Assembly: GCA_030704615.1 (NCBI GenBank)
Contig: CM060732.1
Coordinates: 54,746,001-54,810,000 of the forward strand
Direction: 5' to 3'
Length of the DNA stretch: 64,000 bases
Origin: Takakia lepidozioides
Lineage: Eukaryota > Plantae > Bryophyta
Translations under genes and position numbers: made by a program
Notes under the pieces: generated by a model
Told to the model about the DNA's origin: nothing
The model's input: only the letters and a program-made list of their open reading frames with translations
Database searches by the model: none
Shown here: in pieces, positions 36,026-51,859 of the stretch
How positions within the stretch are numbered: position 1 is the stretch's first letter
How the letters are laid out: every line of letters starts with the position of its first letter

Positions 36026-39000
36026 ATGGCTTCAACTTTTGACGATGATGTGGGTGCTCATTTACTATGGTTTTGCATCGTCTGTAATTGAGTAGCTGTG
36101 AGTAGCTGTGGGGCTGTTCTACTGGCTCTGAGCTGTGGGGCTAAGAGTTGCAGCTGGCGGGATTGAGCAAGGCAGCATACACCCTTTCCAACGGAAGTAA
36201 CGATCTGGATGTGTGCAGGATTTTGATTGGGAAGCTGCAGTGACGGAAATTGACAATGCCTGCAACAAAAAGGAATCCTTGGGTTTTCCTGGGAACCGTC
36301 AAGGTTCTGCGAGTGGAGACCATGATTTCGAAATGTACAACAGAGCTCCAGGTCATGGTGGAGGTGCTAGTCAAAACAGTCGTGCATCTGATGCTGGACG
36401 GAAGATGCTTGACAAGTCTCGTCAGAAGACGCTTCATTCCTTTCTTAGGGCCGTTCCGCAAAGAACGACAATACATGCGAGTGGGCAGGGTGAATGTGAC
36501 CAAGGTTTGAGCAGTGAAGGAGGTGGGGTGAACATAGACCCCACTACTGCCTCAACCTGGATATATCCAGGTAAGTGCAATACTTCATATACAGACGGTT
36601 CGTTATGATGCACTGACTCCCTTAAACTCCTGGTTTGCAATCAATTGACGGTTTCGTGTTTTGAGCAGCCAATGTGCCCTGTCGACGGTATCAATTGTCC
36701 ATCTCAAAGACGGCACTATTCACCAACACCATAGTGTCTCTACCAACTGGGCTCGGGAAAACGTTGATTGCTGCTGTGGTCATGTACAACTACTTCCGAT
36801 GGTTTCCAACTGGTATTGCTTTTAGTTTCTGGAAGCCCTAATTCTTTTGTCCATTGCTCTCCTGATCACGCATGGATCTTCTCTGACTTTGTGGTCAAGC
36901 TCGTTTGTGTTTCACTTTTGTTCAAAATTCCATATTGTATCCGAGCCCTCCAGCACCAGTGTTATAATTTGAATTGGTTGTGCAGGCAAGATAGTCTTCA
37001 CAGCACCATCGAGGCCTTTGGTGATGCAACAGATAGAAGCTTGCCATAATATCATGGGCATCCCCCAGGCAAGTGTATCAATCTCAATTGTGAGTAAAAT
37101 TGCTTACTTTGGTCAGTCTGTGAAGGATTCCAACATGTTTTTGGCACTGGCTCACAGGAAATGACGATTGACATGACCGGGCAGATGAGCCCAATCCAAA
37201 GGGTAGAGCATTGGCGATGCCGACGGGTTTTCTTTGTCACACCTCAAGTGCTAGAGAAGGACCTTCAGTCAGGTGATTTTCCCTTTAATTCGTTACTTGT
37301 AAGCCTAGGGTGGTTTATTCATGAGAAGTCCATGTAAGAGAAAGCAGCTGAAGAATGGTGGCGTCACGCTGGTGTTTGCAGGCACTTGCCCAGTGAAGGA
37401 AATGGTGTGCCTGGTAGTGGATGAAGCTCATCGTGCTACGGGCAACTACTCATACTGTGTTGTTGTTCGTGAGGTACAGCTTAACGAGTGCCAAATTTTT
37501 TCAAGACTGTCAAGTTGCATATGACTTCCTGTGCTTAAAAATTCGGATTACCAAAGAATCATCGGTGGCTGCTAAAAACAAGATTAGTATGAGAATTTAT
37601 CACCACAGAGTGTTAATAGGCAGTGAAACCAAAGTGGGTCTGTAAACGTAAGTGAGACCAAAGCCCGATGGGAACCATGATCTCCAAGTACAGGTGCCAG
37701 TAGAAGCCTCTTATAAGGTGGAAATTTGGACCTGCCTCTCAAACGTAGTGTTGCTGTAAAATATTGGGTGTGTTGAATCCTTTTTGTCGTGCAGCTTCTG
37801 GCAGGAAATGCAAAGTTGAGGACACTGGCATTGACAGCAACCCCAGGCTGTAAGTGCCTAACCAAGGCCAATTCCAGGTGATCATAGCAAAAATTATTGC
37901 AATTATCATATCTTTGCGCATTTTAAGCAAAAATTCTTTCTCACTGACTATTGTGACCCCACATTTGCAGCAAAACAAGCCACCATTCAAGCAGTGGTTG
38001 ATAACCTTCAAATTTCATGTTTAGAGTATCGGGATGAAAATGATCCTGATGTGAGCCAATACACACACAATCGAACCTTGGAGGTCATACAGGTGACATG
38101 CTTTAGCTGCATTTGCTATGTTTTTGTAGTTCATTGTTTTTCCAGGTTATTCCCTTCTTGTTGGTATTTTGAAAGGTGGAATAATTTGTGCATCTGGCAA
38201 GTTGTGTACTAGATCAGTTCTGCTATGGAAGGGTGCCATTGTTCCTCCTCCTCTTACTGGTAAGGATTTATTTCCTGTTCTATCTTCCTCTCTGCATTTC
38301 TAGTGTGTCTGTAGGCCATACCCTCCCTCCTGTAGGTTCTTCTTTAAGCTTAAGCTCTTTTTGCCTTTGGCATAGTCTCCTAGTCATCTCATGACCACGT
38401 TGGTCTCTCACATCACATCTTACACTTGATATGTATGGTGATTAGGTGGCCATGAGTACTGAGATGATGAGAATCAAAGAAATATTCCTGGAAATCGCAG
38501 CGCCAGTCGTTTGGAGGTTATGCGAGCTTGGGGTATTCTACAGCAGGGATCTTGCTAGGGTACAATGCATACCTCCCCTTCAACCTTTCTATAGTGCTTG
38601 TATGAGCTATAACGCACTCTGTAGATTTCTTGATTGCAAGTGTCTATTTCCTGATACCTTATTCAAATGAAGGTATGAGCTATAATGTGATTCTCTTAGA
38701 AATTTCTTGTATGTTATCAGAGGCTCCTGACCTCCGTTGAAAACTCTGGATGTTTCAACCACTTGCTGCTGATATACAATGTGGATGAATGCAGCTAACC
38801 CCGTATGAATTTATCACTGCAAGAGAGAAATTCCGGCAGTCGCCTCCACCCACTCTAGGGCGGGGACAGTATCGAGAAGTAGAGACAAAGTTTGGTATAG
38901 CAATGACGCTGTGTCACATCCTCAAACTTCTCCACAGTCATGGCATCCGACCAGCTGTGGAGATGCTCCAGGATAAGCTAAAACAAGGGTATGGCCATTT

Positions 39001-42000
39001 TCAGCTTGTAATACTAGACCCACAGCTTAGGCGTCCATCCAGCCAGTGATATAAACTTCAGGTCATGTTTCAAAATCGCTGCATCACTTACAGGTCTAGA
39101 TTAGGGGAAAGAAGTCCCTGGAATCTTTTCTCGTTCCTCGCCATTAACCTGCCAATTAGATGGGTCAGTGACCTTAGATGACTACCTTAGCCTCCCAAAA
39201 TCAGTTACTGAGGTATGTTTATAAAGCATGCAGGAGCCTTCAGCAACTGGCAAAGAATGCTAAGCTGCAGCATGCAAGGAGCCTGATGCAGCAGAGTGTT
39301 GGCCATGGTGCCTCCAGCCCCAAACTGCTCAAGATGGAGGAAATTATTCTCTCGCATTTCAGTTAAACCCATTTCCATTCTCCAGTACATTATTTACATA
39401 CCATGGATTTGGATGGCAATGTGTTTGCTTTTATAGCCCTCTTGAAGTATGTAAGAAGAGACCTGGATAGGCTTTGGCATTCTGCTATTCTCTATCAAGG
39501 TTGTCTTGATGCCTTTCAACTACCAACGGTTACTTTGTAAGGTGCTCGAGAGTCCTCACCCACAGCAAATGCCCTTGTATCACTGTGGCAACCTAACCTG
39601 TAGCAGAGCTTGCTGGAGGGTGAACACTTTGGTGAATCCTACCTGGCCTAAGGCTTTCCTGGGATTGATGCTGGTTTATATCGGAGACAGGTGGACATGA
39701 TCCAGCTAAGACACGAGTGATTATCTTCACCAACTTCAGGGAAAGTGTCAAGTAATTTCTGGACCTTTTTCTTGAACTATCCGTAAGTTGTGAATTTATC
39801 TTGATGCCTGGATGTTTGTGTAATATGCAATCTATCATCAACTAGTGTGTGATCTCTAATTGCAGAGACATTATGGAAGCTCTCAACAAAATTGGAGATG
39901 TTGTCAAAGCTATGGAGTTTATTGGGCAGAGCTCTGGTAAGTAGGGATTGTCTGCAGCTCAACTGTTTAGGGCAATGGTCAGCCTGTAAACCTCTGGTTA
40001 TTTCTTCTTGTGAATTTTACCTGTATTTCAAACTGATCTGGTATTTGCTTGAAACGATTTTGTTTTGAGTTCACCTGCATTTGTGTTAACCAAACTAGTA
40101 GTCTGCATCAGGTTCCACTGCATTTTTCCCTATCCTGCCCTTCAAGCCATTATAGTTCTCATAGAGATGGGATATGTTTTAGCATTAACATGTGCTCTTT
40201 CTAGTTGCTTCTAGCTCTATCTAAAGCAGTGTAAGATGAGAGATGCACTGACTGCACCAAGGAGATATTGAGGAGCTCATGGAGCGAAGATCTTGTGTGT
40301 CTCTTGATTCAACGGCATATACAGGTGGCCCATGTAATTAAGTTTCATGCATGGTTAGATCACAGCAGTTAAGCAATATTGTTGACATGTGGTCTTTATG
40401 TGGCAGGTAAGGCATCAAAGGGCCAGACTCAGAAAGTCCAGCAAGCTGTCCTCCAGGTAACTCCCTGTGGCTTCTACTCCCTCAAGCTTAACTTCATTGT
40501 GTACTTTTAGTCAAGAGAAGAGTCTATGTAAGTGGGGAGTCTATCTTCACTCCACAGAGAAATCCAATCTAGTATTGGAGTAAAGTAGAACATATATAGG
40601 TACAACTGTAGGTACTAGAGTTTTCAACGTGGTTAAGTAGAGGCCTGTCAACTGGGCTGCATGAACCTACAATGGGGGCGAACTGTATTAGTTTCTCAAA
40701 AATATGAGTTCAGAGTTTACTAGGCTCTTTGATATTTAGTTTTTTTGTACAGAGTGGAATCCGTATCCTGGGTTTTTCTATTCAACCTGAGTTCTGCTTG
40801 CACATCTGCATGAACTACCAGGGAAGCAAACTGCAGTAGTTTTTTGTGGAGACTGGGTCCCTCATTTTGTGGATGAGAAAAGAAGACCTGGTAGACCGTG
40901 GTTGTCATTTGACTTCCTAGACATAGACCCTGTGCCCGAGAGGGAAAAACCTCAGACAATCTGCTGGAAACCTGAAGAGAACTACAGAAGATAGAAATTA
41001 TTGTGTAGACACACAGGAGAAACCTTTCTAACATGGACGGGGAAACCAAAGTTTATGGTACAAGACAAAGAGAGCCAAAGATGTAAAGGGAGAACTCGAG
41101 TATACAGAACTTCAAAGGCCCAGGCATTCGGGACAAGTTTCAGAGACTTATGGCTTGCATTTTTGTTATTGCAGAAGTTCCGAGCTGGTGGCCACAACAC
41201 AATTGTGGCAACCTCCATTGCTGAGGAAGGGCTTGATATCATGGAGGTTGACCTAGTCATTTGCTTTGATGCAAACATTTCCCCCCTTCGCATGATTCAG
41301 CGCATGGGACGCACTGGCAGGAAGCGTGATGGGAGAGTAGATATCCTTCCTTTGCAGAATAGTGCTTGCATTTATCCAGGCTTATTTCTGCTTCCTGCTT
41401 GTGGGGTACTTACATACTCTCTTTTGCACAAATGCACGCAGATACACAGTTTGTCCCCAAAATGTAGAGTTTAGAATTATTGCAGATGTGCAAAACCCTG
41501 TAGAATGGTACTGCTGCGGTGTTAGGTGGAAGATCCTGCCAAAGGACTGTGACATGCGGTATTTATGCATCTTCAGCCAGCCAATTATTACACATGACCA
41601 GGTCACCTTGACAGTAGTGGGCACTTGTGTTGGCCTCTGAAGGGGCAGAGATACAAGGATACTTAAGGAAGCAGGCCAAGAGCAAAGCCATTGGCACACT
41701 CATGCAACATGGGGGTGTCAACAGCTTCACCTTCCATCCAAGCCTCCGCATGGTACTTGTCCTCCTTTGCAAGGCATCGTTGGTACATTATGTTTGCAGC
41801 CATCTCAAGTAATTACAAGGGATTGTACATGGTTTGTATGTGCTCTTTTTCTTTTTGGAGACCATTATGCAATGATCAGAACTTGGGTTAGCGTGTTACT
41901 TCCCCTAGCCACTTTCTTTAGAGGTAGCAAAAAGTATATATGTATGTATGTTAAGGAGAGTCTGACCAGAGGACCTTTCTTTGCTCTACGAGCTTTCCGC

Positions 42001-45000
42001 GGACGTTATAAAGCACCATTTCATTTCATTTCATTTGTATTAGGATTTTATCCTGCTCTAATACTGGGTTGCTTTGTACGTCTACAAGTCATACCTTCAT
42101 TTCTAGGTGTGAATGAGGGCTGATTAGGTCCCCACTTTTCTGTAGACTAGTACAATTATGAGGTATAGCTCTTGAGCTGATAGTGTCAAAAGATGTCTAT
42201 GTAGGTACCTCATGCATTCAAACCTGAAGTGCTAATGATGGAGATGGTCATTGAGGAGTTCGTACCTCATGGGCGGAAGTTGAGAGCACAGCCTCATGAC
42301 CCAGCTGAGAAGTTTGTACCTGGTGGGGGAAAGTTGAGATCAAAGAGGGCACCCCCCCGTGACCCAGGAGCAGACGATCTATCTAAAGAAGAGTGTGCAG
42401 TGCTGCGCAGATTTGAAGGGCCACCCGATGCAAAGTCGTGGAAACCTTCCCTTGTGACATTTCCTAGATACCGTCTGCTTCCCACCCTGGTTCATTCTGT
42501 GAGGCATTCCTTTTGTACAATGTCCATGCTGCTTGAGGTTGTCCGTGGTCTTCAGAAACCACCAAGTCTCCCTGCTGGCAAGGGCAAGTGGTCGCACCAA
42601 AATGAGGTCCATCCTTTATCCCCTCTTAATCCCTAGTCCTGAACGTGAAAACGGTCATTGTATGCTGAAGATTCTCCCAAGCAAGTATCTATTTGGCTTT
42701 GTTTTTTATTGTTGAGGAAACTTGTTGTATTGCATATTAAGTCCTTTTGCTGTCTATCAGTGTATCAGTCTATTGTTTTAGTTGTCTTGGTGTGTCTCTC
42801 CCTGTATTCTCTTTCCCCCTTCTTTTTGAGAGTGTCCCTTTGGCCTTCTGCCTCCACCAGACGTCACAAATTTCCTGTCTATTCTTATGTGCAGTCTAAC
42901 CCATCCAATCTCATGTTGTTTGCGAAGTGTCTTGTGTCCATAAGCTGTTTAATGTCTGCACCCAGGCTTCTTCTTTGGAGGGTGTATTTCTTTCGCCAGA
43001 AGGCAACAACCCTGCCTTGGTGGAGGTGACAGGTACAAGATCATCGAAATACACCACCCCTACTTACCCACCTATCTGATTGGTGCATTGAAGAGACGAG
43101 TATGTTCCTCTCTTTGTAAAGTCTTCCGCGGACGTTATTAAGTACCATTTCTTTTCATTTGTTAAGTCTGTCTGAGATATGGTATGTCTTTTTATGAGCA
43201 AGTTTCTAAACAACTGCTTGCAAACTGTGAACAGGTGCAGATCATGCACTCGGTGTGGAGGAGGAAAGGGATGACTGGGACAGAACTATTTACCCATCTA
43301 GAGTTATCTCTAGTAATTTGGACAAACTATCCAGTGTGGTCAGCAAGAATTCTACCACACAGAGAGAGTCAGAGGAACTTTTGACAGATGGTGGAGCCAG
43401 CACATCAAATGGTCTGCTGCACTCTCAAGTAGACAAAGGAGACATTCCATATTCTGGGAACATTGGTCATGCCAGTCCACTTTCGCAACCACTATGTACC
43501 AACCAAGGTATTTGTTTCTATCACTTGGTGTGTTCCTCCAGATTGATGAAAGTGGCTTAAGCATGCCTTCTTCCTGTGATATATGCAATAATGATTTGGT
43601 AAACTGCTTCTGTAGTCATGTCCACTTTGGCCTTACGTTTTCCAACAATGGCCTCTGGTTTACTGAAGTTGTCCACCAATTCATTGCAGGTACATCTGAG
43701 TCTGAAATCTGCAAACATGGAACCAGTGGGAAGTTTGAACATTCTCTTTTGAAAAGGACAGTGGAGCCCATGGTCATGGCACTGGAGAAAGGCCCCCTGA
43801 CACAGCAAGCAGTGCATAACGTTCTAGAGGATGACATGCAGGGATCTGAAGCAGCAGATGAAGATTTGACAAACGAGCTCAAGTGTTCAGCCAATAGAGA
43901 AGTCATAGAGGAATTATGTATTGGACGAGCTGCTGGATCTCACTGTCCTCTCTTTAGCATTGAAACAACAGCTGTGGGTGTGTCTGAGCAACTCCAGGTT
44001 ACATCACCAGTGAAGTCAATCTCAAAAATGGCAGCCGGCCCTGACTGTGTGGATCAGCTCACTGGATGGAGAAATTGTGGTCAGCTTGTCGATATTGAAC
44101 ACAGCACAGATGTGTGCCCTGCTCTTGTACAGAATGTCCGAACGTCTGTAAGCTCTGTAGATGAAGACTCGGGATTGGCTCCGGAGGTACCTCACATTGT
44201 CAATGTATGTGTCAATGAAGGTGACAGCCCCCCAGCAAGGATGATAATTGACAGACCAGAGGAGTTCGTAGCAGCTACACCAGAGGACAAGCTCCGGAAA
44301 ACTTCACCTGCCCTGGATGTTTCAAAGACAGGCAAGGCAATGAGTAACCTGAAGAACTTCAACTCATCAGTATTTAATGATGTGACCATCTGCCCTTCTC
44401 CAGTCCTGGAAACCCCGGTCACCTCAAAGCAGGTAGATAGGTCTCTTACTCCCTGGAAACATGTCTCCTCTTGTCCTCCACACTCACATCCTCAGCAAGT
44501 GCCTGGCCACATATCAGGCTCTTCTTCAACTGAGAATGCTACATCTCCAGCCCAACCAAAGATGCTGGATTTTTGCTACGCCATAGATCGAACCTCTGGA
44601 GAAGTTGAGTATGCTCCATTGACTGAGGCAGGCACTTCCAGGGTGCAGACTGCCAAACCTGGCTTGTGTACAACCACACCAGATGTTCGAGGAAAAGCAC
44701 TGGCAAGTTCTCAACAATGGTCACAAGAAAACATCGCACTCAAATTGCAAAACCAATTGAGTGGGAAGGATGGAAATGTAGGTGGGTGGCACAGCCCATT
44801 GCATGTATTGCAGCATCCCGTCAGCAATGGCAGCAATAAGTGCCAGTTCAGGAGTGGGGACTTAACGTCTTCCACACCAAAACCACGATACAAGTTCAAG
44901 CGCCTCAAAAGGGCTCATGACCGTACTTCCTCAAGTTCAAAGAACAAGGGAGACAGAAGGAAAAACATTACTGTGGCGCTAGGAAGCCCAAAGAACCCAT

Positions 45001-47116
45001 GTGATGTGGGTGCCAGTGTTCGACAAACAAGGAGAATCCAGAAGCTGAAATCTTCTACACTGGGTATGTCCTTTTTGCACGTAAAGGACTCGCACTGAGA
45101 TTAAGGCAAGGTTAGGGTTTTTTCTGCAATTGCTGTTCTTCGTTTGCCAGCGCTAGCTTTTTAGACTGAAGTGGATGTACATTAGTGTATGAAAAGGTCT
45201 CTTGTGGTTTTTTAAATAGTTTTTCTTAGTTATGCCTTCAAGCTTCTTGGTACCTTTAGCAGAAATCAAGCTGTCCATGTCTCACTCAAAAGTGTCTACT
45301 TGTTTGCAGAAAACAATCAGCGGAAACTTACTGTCCAACCGTTCATCGATGAGGAAGCAGAGTACACCCTTCCCTGTGCACTTCCCTAATGTTGTTCCAT
45401 AGCATAAACTTGAAATTGGAAGAAGTATTGTTCTCTTCACAGCCTTGTTTATTGTAAGTGATTACATGTAACTCTGGATAAGCCCGCTCCTTGTGAATGT
45501 CAAAAGCAAGTTAATGCCATGCTGTAGCTTCATTTCATGCAAATGCCATGGGTGGACGTACCATGCTTTAGTAGTTCCTTTCACTAGCTTTATAATAGGG
45601 GTGTAAAGGACATATTTCACTGCTAACTAGTAATGATGTCAACTATTCTTGCCAACATACCCACACAGAGAGTATGTAGCCAAGGTAAACTAAGAACAGG
45701 GGTAATCCCAGTTGGAAGATTTTTCAATATAATTGTCTAGTTGTTATTGACGACCCCCTATGCATTATGAGAGGTGGAGTACAACAAACATTGATGTCAC
45801 TATGTTGTAGTACAGTGAGACCTGATTGTCTTGTATAGTTGTAAACTTGTGTCATGCTTCTGGTGGGGAATGTTTTGTGTAGAGTGAGCCAAGACGGGGA
45901 TATATCTACAGATGAAGATGATGATGCTGAAGGAGAAGAGTCACAAGATGGTTTTATTGATACCTCACACTCACAGTTCCTTCACGGCTCCGTTGATATG
46001 ATGGCTGTGTACAGGTGAGTATAATCAGGGCTAGAGGCTTGTTCCATGCTCTTCAAAAATCAGTTTAAGTCTCATTCTGTCCTCTAATGAGTGGTACTTG
46101 TCCTCTCCAATATTGTACGCTCTACACTTGCACTGTTGTATCTGAACACCTGATCACAGCAACTAATTGAGTATTTTCCATGACAGGCAGTCACTACTTA
46201 CACAGATACCCATGGATGTGAGGCAATGTGTTCCTCCCAATTCCACGGGGTCCACCAGTACATCGCTGTACTCTCAGAGTGAACAATGCTTACCTCCAAA
46301 TTCCACAGGGTCCACCAGTACATCACTGTCCTCTCAGAGTGAACTAAGGGACTCAAGGCATGGTGCAGCACCCATGTCTGGCTCACAACTCTTATCCTGT
46401 ACCCCCACCTCTACAGCCTCCAGAGATTCTCCTTCCACAGTTTTTCCAGCTCGCCAACAACATGGATGCCTGCCAAAAGAAAATGGGTTCACCGCAAAGA
46501 AGGGAAGGAAGGCCGTTGCACCAACTACGGGAGGAACGGAGTTGAATTTGAAGGAGGATCGAAACTGTAGCAAGTTGGAGTCCAGGAAACGTAAACTCAA
46601 TTTCCAAGCTCAGGAAGAAGAAGATTTTTTGGCTGGTATAGACCTTGATGCATTGGAGGAAGATGCAGTCCAGCAGTCTCGTAGCAGATCAGCACAAATT
46701 GTGTCCAAGTGAAGCAATACCTTTCCTTTCATTTGACTTGTCAGAGAGAACTACTTGATATTGGAATGTAAAATAGTTTTTTGAGCACCTCAAGGTGTTA
46801 TGTTCTTTGGCAAACCAAAGATTCTTCATCAGTTTATGTTGGTTCTAAACTTCAAGATATGGAATATCACAAAATTGTGCGACAAGAAGCTGGATTTCCT
46901 GGAATACTAGTCAGCACATCTGCCTTGCAAGCAGCCCTGGTGGAGGTGTTGGCATATCTTGAAGGTTTTATGTTCTTCTTGTGTTAGTTGACTGTCTTTT
47001 GTTTTTCTTCAGTTCTTTTGAAGGCAGCGGAGGCTGTGATGCAAGATTCCTGTCCAGGGGGTTATTCCTCTTTCCCAACCCGTGAACAGTTCAACTTAGG
47101 AGTATGTAGTCTTTAG
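36026..47116 (+). CDS. FANCM: Fanconi anemia group M DEAH helicase, multi-exon
   Basis: DFDWEAAV N-terminus, [49 protein letters not shown] and [32 protein letters not shown] on spliceable exons. The last exon (FNLGVCSL*, stop 47114-47116) is less certain. Confidence 0.93.
41341..41624 (+). other. U12-type AT-AC intron in FANCM
   Basis: 5' ATATCCTT, branch site CACCTTGAC (41604-41612), 3' AC. Splicing gives GRVVVLASEG in frame. Confidence 0.9.
41985..42035 (+). mobile_element. ~50-bp 3' tail of LINE family A in a FANCM intron (another at ~43122-43160)
   Basis: GAGCTTTCCGCGGACGTTATAAAGCACC(ATTTC)3 matches 55665-55712. Confidence 0.85.
46224..46343 (+). repeat. In-frame 60-bp tandem duplication in a FANCM exon
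   Basis: [20 protein letters not shown] / [20 protein letters not shown]. Confidence 0.9.
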
Positions 47117-48058
47117 AGCCTGCTTTGCCAATAAGGGAGAGGATCAACCTTAGAGGACTGAGCTAACACCATTTATCCACTAACATTCACAACGCATCCA
47201 TCTCACCACTCCAACACCCATGTTCACTTGAAGTACAGTGTTGTAAGCCAAAAGATCACCAAGCCCCACAGCCCAAGCACCTAGATTTCATCACAAATCC
47301 GAAGTCTGCAACTTTATCTCCCTCTCTCCAACACATCATCAACCCACTGCACACGCTTTGTCCACTCTCACCTGCTTTGAGTAGGTATGCTGGATGTGCC
47401 AAATGGTTTGATGCAACCCACTTACCATTGTAAGAGCAGGGGCAAAGGAGCCATGGCAGCGGAGGAGAAGCTTACAGATTCTGCAGCCAAGTAAGTACTG
47501 AGAGCTCTTCCTTTTGGCTACTGAAGAATGGACTTTCCTGTAGATGGTGCCCGTTAACAACTGGATTTCGTTACCCAGCTAGATGCCGTCTACGGACCGT
47601 AGGTGAGTAGTGAAGCCCACGAGCCGTTAGATTCTTGATCGGACGGTTCCGAAGTGCTGTCACTGAAGGCGAGGGAAGGAGGGAAATCCGCCGTAGCCCG
47701 TATTTGAATTGGCGACATTAGCGGCTATACAGCTAATGAATATAGCTTGATTAAGCATCGTGTGGCTAATAGCCGTGAGATTAGGTAATCGACGGCTCTG
47801 GGTGAGCGATTCTTAACCTAATTCTTCCGTAGCTTGCCGCTTCTGGCGCCTTGCAGACTTGTTTGCTGTTCTCTCTCTCGACAGTCGCTCTAGTGTGGAT
47901 TCTTGCTGCGCGCGCTTGCGAGCAGGCGATCGTCTCCGTGGAGCCGTGCTTGTAGTTCAGTTTGATTCAGGTTGTTGTAGTCGTTTGTGCAGAGAGCTTT
48001 TTGTGGCTGCAGCAGGCTATTGTGAGCCTAAGTTTGAGTTCGAGTCAGATATATCAAG

Positions 48059-49707
<1,649 letters not shown>

Positions 49708-49961
49708 AGTGGATATGCAATTTGCTTGCTAGTCATAAACTACATCTTAGGTGATGGAAACAAGATCGTTTCCCAACCACATGATGTCTAGGTTGGCAGG
49801 TCATTACATTTTCTCAGGAAGGAAACATTGCTGGTTGGAAACATTGTGAATGTGATTTTTTTGAAGGAAAGATTTTGTGGGATTACTAAATTGACTTCCA
49901 CATACGGCTCTATTGGAGCTTCAGTTGTTTTGGAGACAATCACCAGCACTCATTGAGTCTA

Positions 49962-50258
49962 TGCACGAGATATACTCGTCTGCATTTGCTCATCAGAGGC
50001 TTTGGTTGATCCTTGATTGAGTGGTTGAAAGGAGTGTCAAGCTAACTCTTTATTTCATCCATGTCATAACAATCAAGCAAGCCTGTCATTGCCTGCTTTA
50101 TGTTGAAGTCTCACTTTGCACGAGATATACTGGTCTGCATTCACTTGGCAGAGGCCTTGATGGAGTGGTTGAAATTGTCAAGCTAACTCTTTATTGCATC
50201 CTTGTCATAAAGATCAATTAAGCCTGTCATTGCCTGCTTTATGTTGAAGTCTCACTTT
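49962..50258. repeat. Tandem duplication (~150-bp unit) downstream of tubulin
   Basis: TGCACGAGATATACT...GAGTGGTTGAAA...GTTGAAGTCTCACTTTG occurs twice. Confidence 0.85.
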
Positions 50259-51859
50259 GTGCACTTGTATTTGCTGCAAATGCTGGGGATAGAATTAAAA
50301 TCTGACAAAATTGTTAGCCTTCAAAGCATGATGGTCTAAGATTCTGCGGTGTTGCTGGTTGTAGGTTTGTGAGCATGATATTGCAAGCATTAGTTAAGAG
50401 TTTGGTTAGATGAACACAGAGTAGGTGCATTCTGGCTGTCCGGATTTTCCTGCCACTAGAGGCAATCTCAGCAGCCTTTCTCTTGTGTCTGCTGGATACT
50501 AATAAATGAGTGTTTTCTGGTACTTATGGTCTGGCTGGTGAGATCTCCCCAGGGTGAAGTAGGCCAATGAGGTTGTGCAATGTGGGAAAGCAAAGCCTGG
50601 TGTTGTGAAAGACTGGTTTTCGGTGCCTTTTGCTTTCAGCAGCTTCGACTCTCTGTCCTCTCTTCGTCCTGACTGAGTGTAGTGTGCCTCCTTCCCTCTG
50701 AGCCAAAAAATTGAAGAAAAATACAGTAGGAGATGTAGCAGTTAGTTGCAAGCCAAAGCAGTTCATGTGATTTAGTCAGTGAACCTGAAAGCAATGGCCT
50801 TGCAGATTGCAGCATGGCTAGAGTTATCTAGGTGGTCATGCTTGATGGACAGTAGCATGTTAAATTCTGTCACTGATCACTTGCTGTTGTAGTTATGTGT
50901 TGTAGTGATGTGTTTTAGTAATGTGGCTGTGTTGAGATTTGAAAGAAGCAGGTTTAGGTGTAAGTGTAATGCATCTTAGTAGCCAACATTGTGACAGCAT
51001 TTTGGGGTCTTTTCCCCCAGGCAAGGCCTCTGTAGTAGGTTCATGGCAAAGGAAGGCGGCTCAACAAGTTAGCAGTTGGAACATGTCAAGACATCAAGAC
51101 CACAGCCTGCAACTGCTTGCTGATTCGAGTTGATTTTAAACTCAAGATATCCCTTCCCAGGACTAGTGGCACCAAGGGTTGAGGCTGACACGGCAGCGGG
51201 CTATTGGAGTGGTATAACAGCTCTTCATAAAGGGTAAGGTAGGCTTCATCAGTTTTTCGAACCCCAGGGGGAGGTCGGATCTCGAAAAACGCTCCTTGAA
51301 GGGAACCTTATCCAATACATGAAGTACCCTATGATGTGTTGGGCAGTTACGTAACACTTCATGTTTGGCATATGGATGGGAGGAAAGATTGGAAGTAGTT
51401 CCTTTGAAGGAAGACTCTGGTTTCCTTTGAGAAAACAAATCTGTTGGATTCAGATACTTCGTGTGCCACTTTGGTTTCTATAACCGATAAAAGGCCATGA
51501 ACTGAAATTTGCTGCAACGAGGACTGTATTTCAGTGGCAATGAGCATTCTCATTGTTGGGTTGCGGAACACTAGTTCAGGGAATTGAGAAGGAGACAATT
51601 TCCACCTTGTCAAGAATCAAGAGTCTTGCAGCTCTACTTCAGGCATAGTCTTGAAGGTCTTTAAATCAAACCACCGTTGGTTGAATACCTCTTATATCAT
51701 TGGTGGGGATGTACGTGCTGATTATTCATTCACCAGAGCATGTGAATGTCTCAAATGCAGTGAATGAGAGAAGTGTTCTGTGAAAGGAAAGACATGCTAC
51801 TAAAACATAGGACAATGAGAGCAGCCCTCTTGAGTGAATTGTGAAGTCGGTGAAACATC

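Noticed and set aside
43494-45098. Stand-alone 534-aa gene
   Set aside because: It lies between FANCM exons on the same strand and has low-complexity composition. It is best read as a large FANCM exon plus flanking intron.
51235-51275. Hammerhead ribozyme (minus-strand GAAA and CTGATGA)
   Set aside because: The two core motifs are adjacent, leaving no room for stems I and III.
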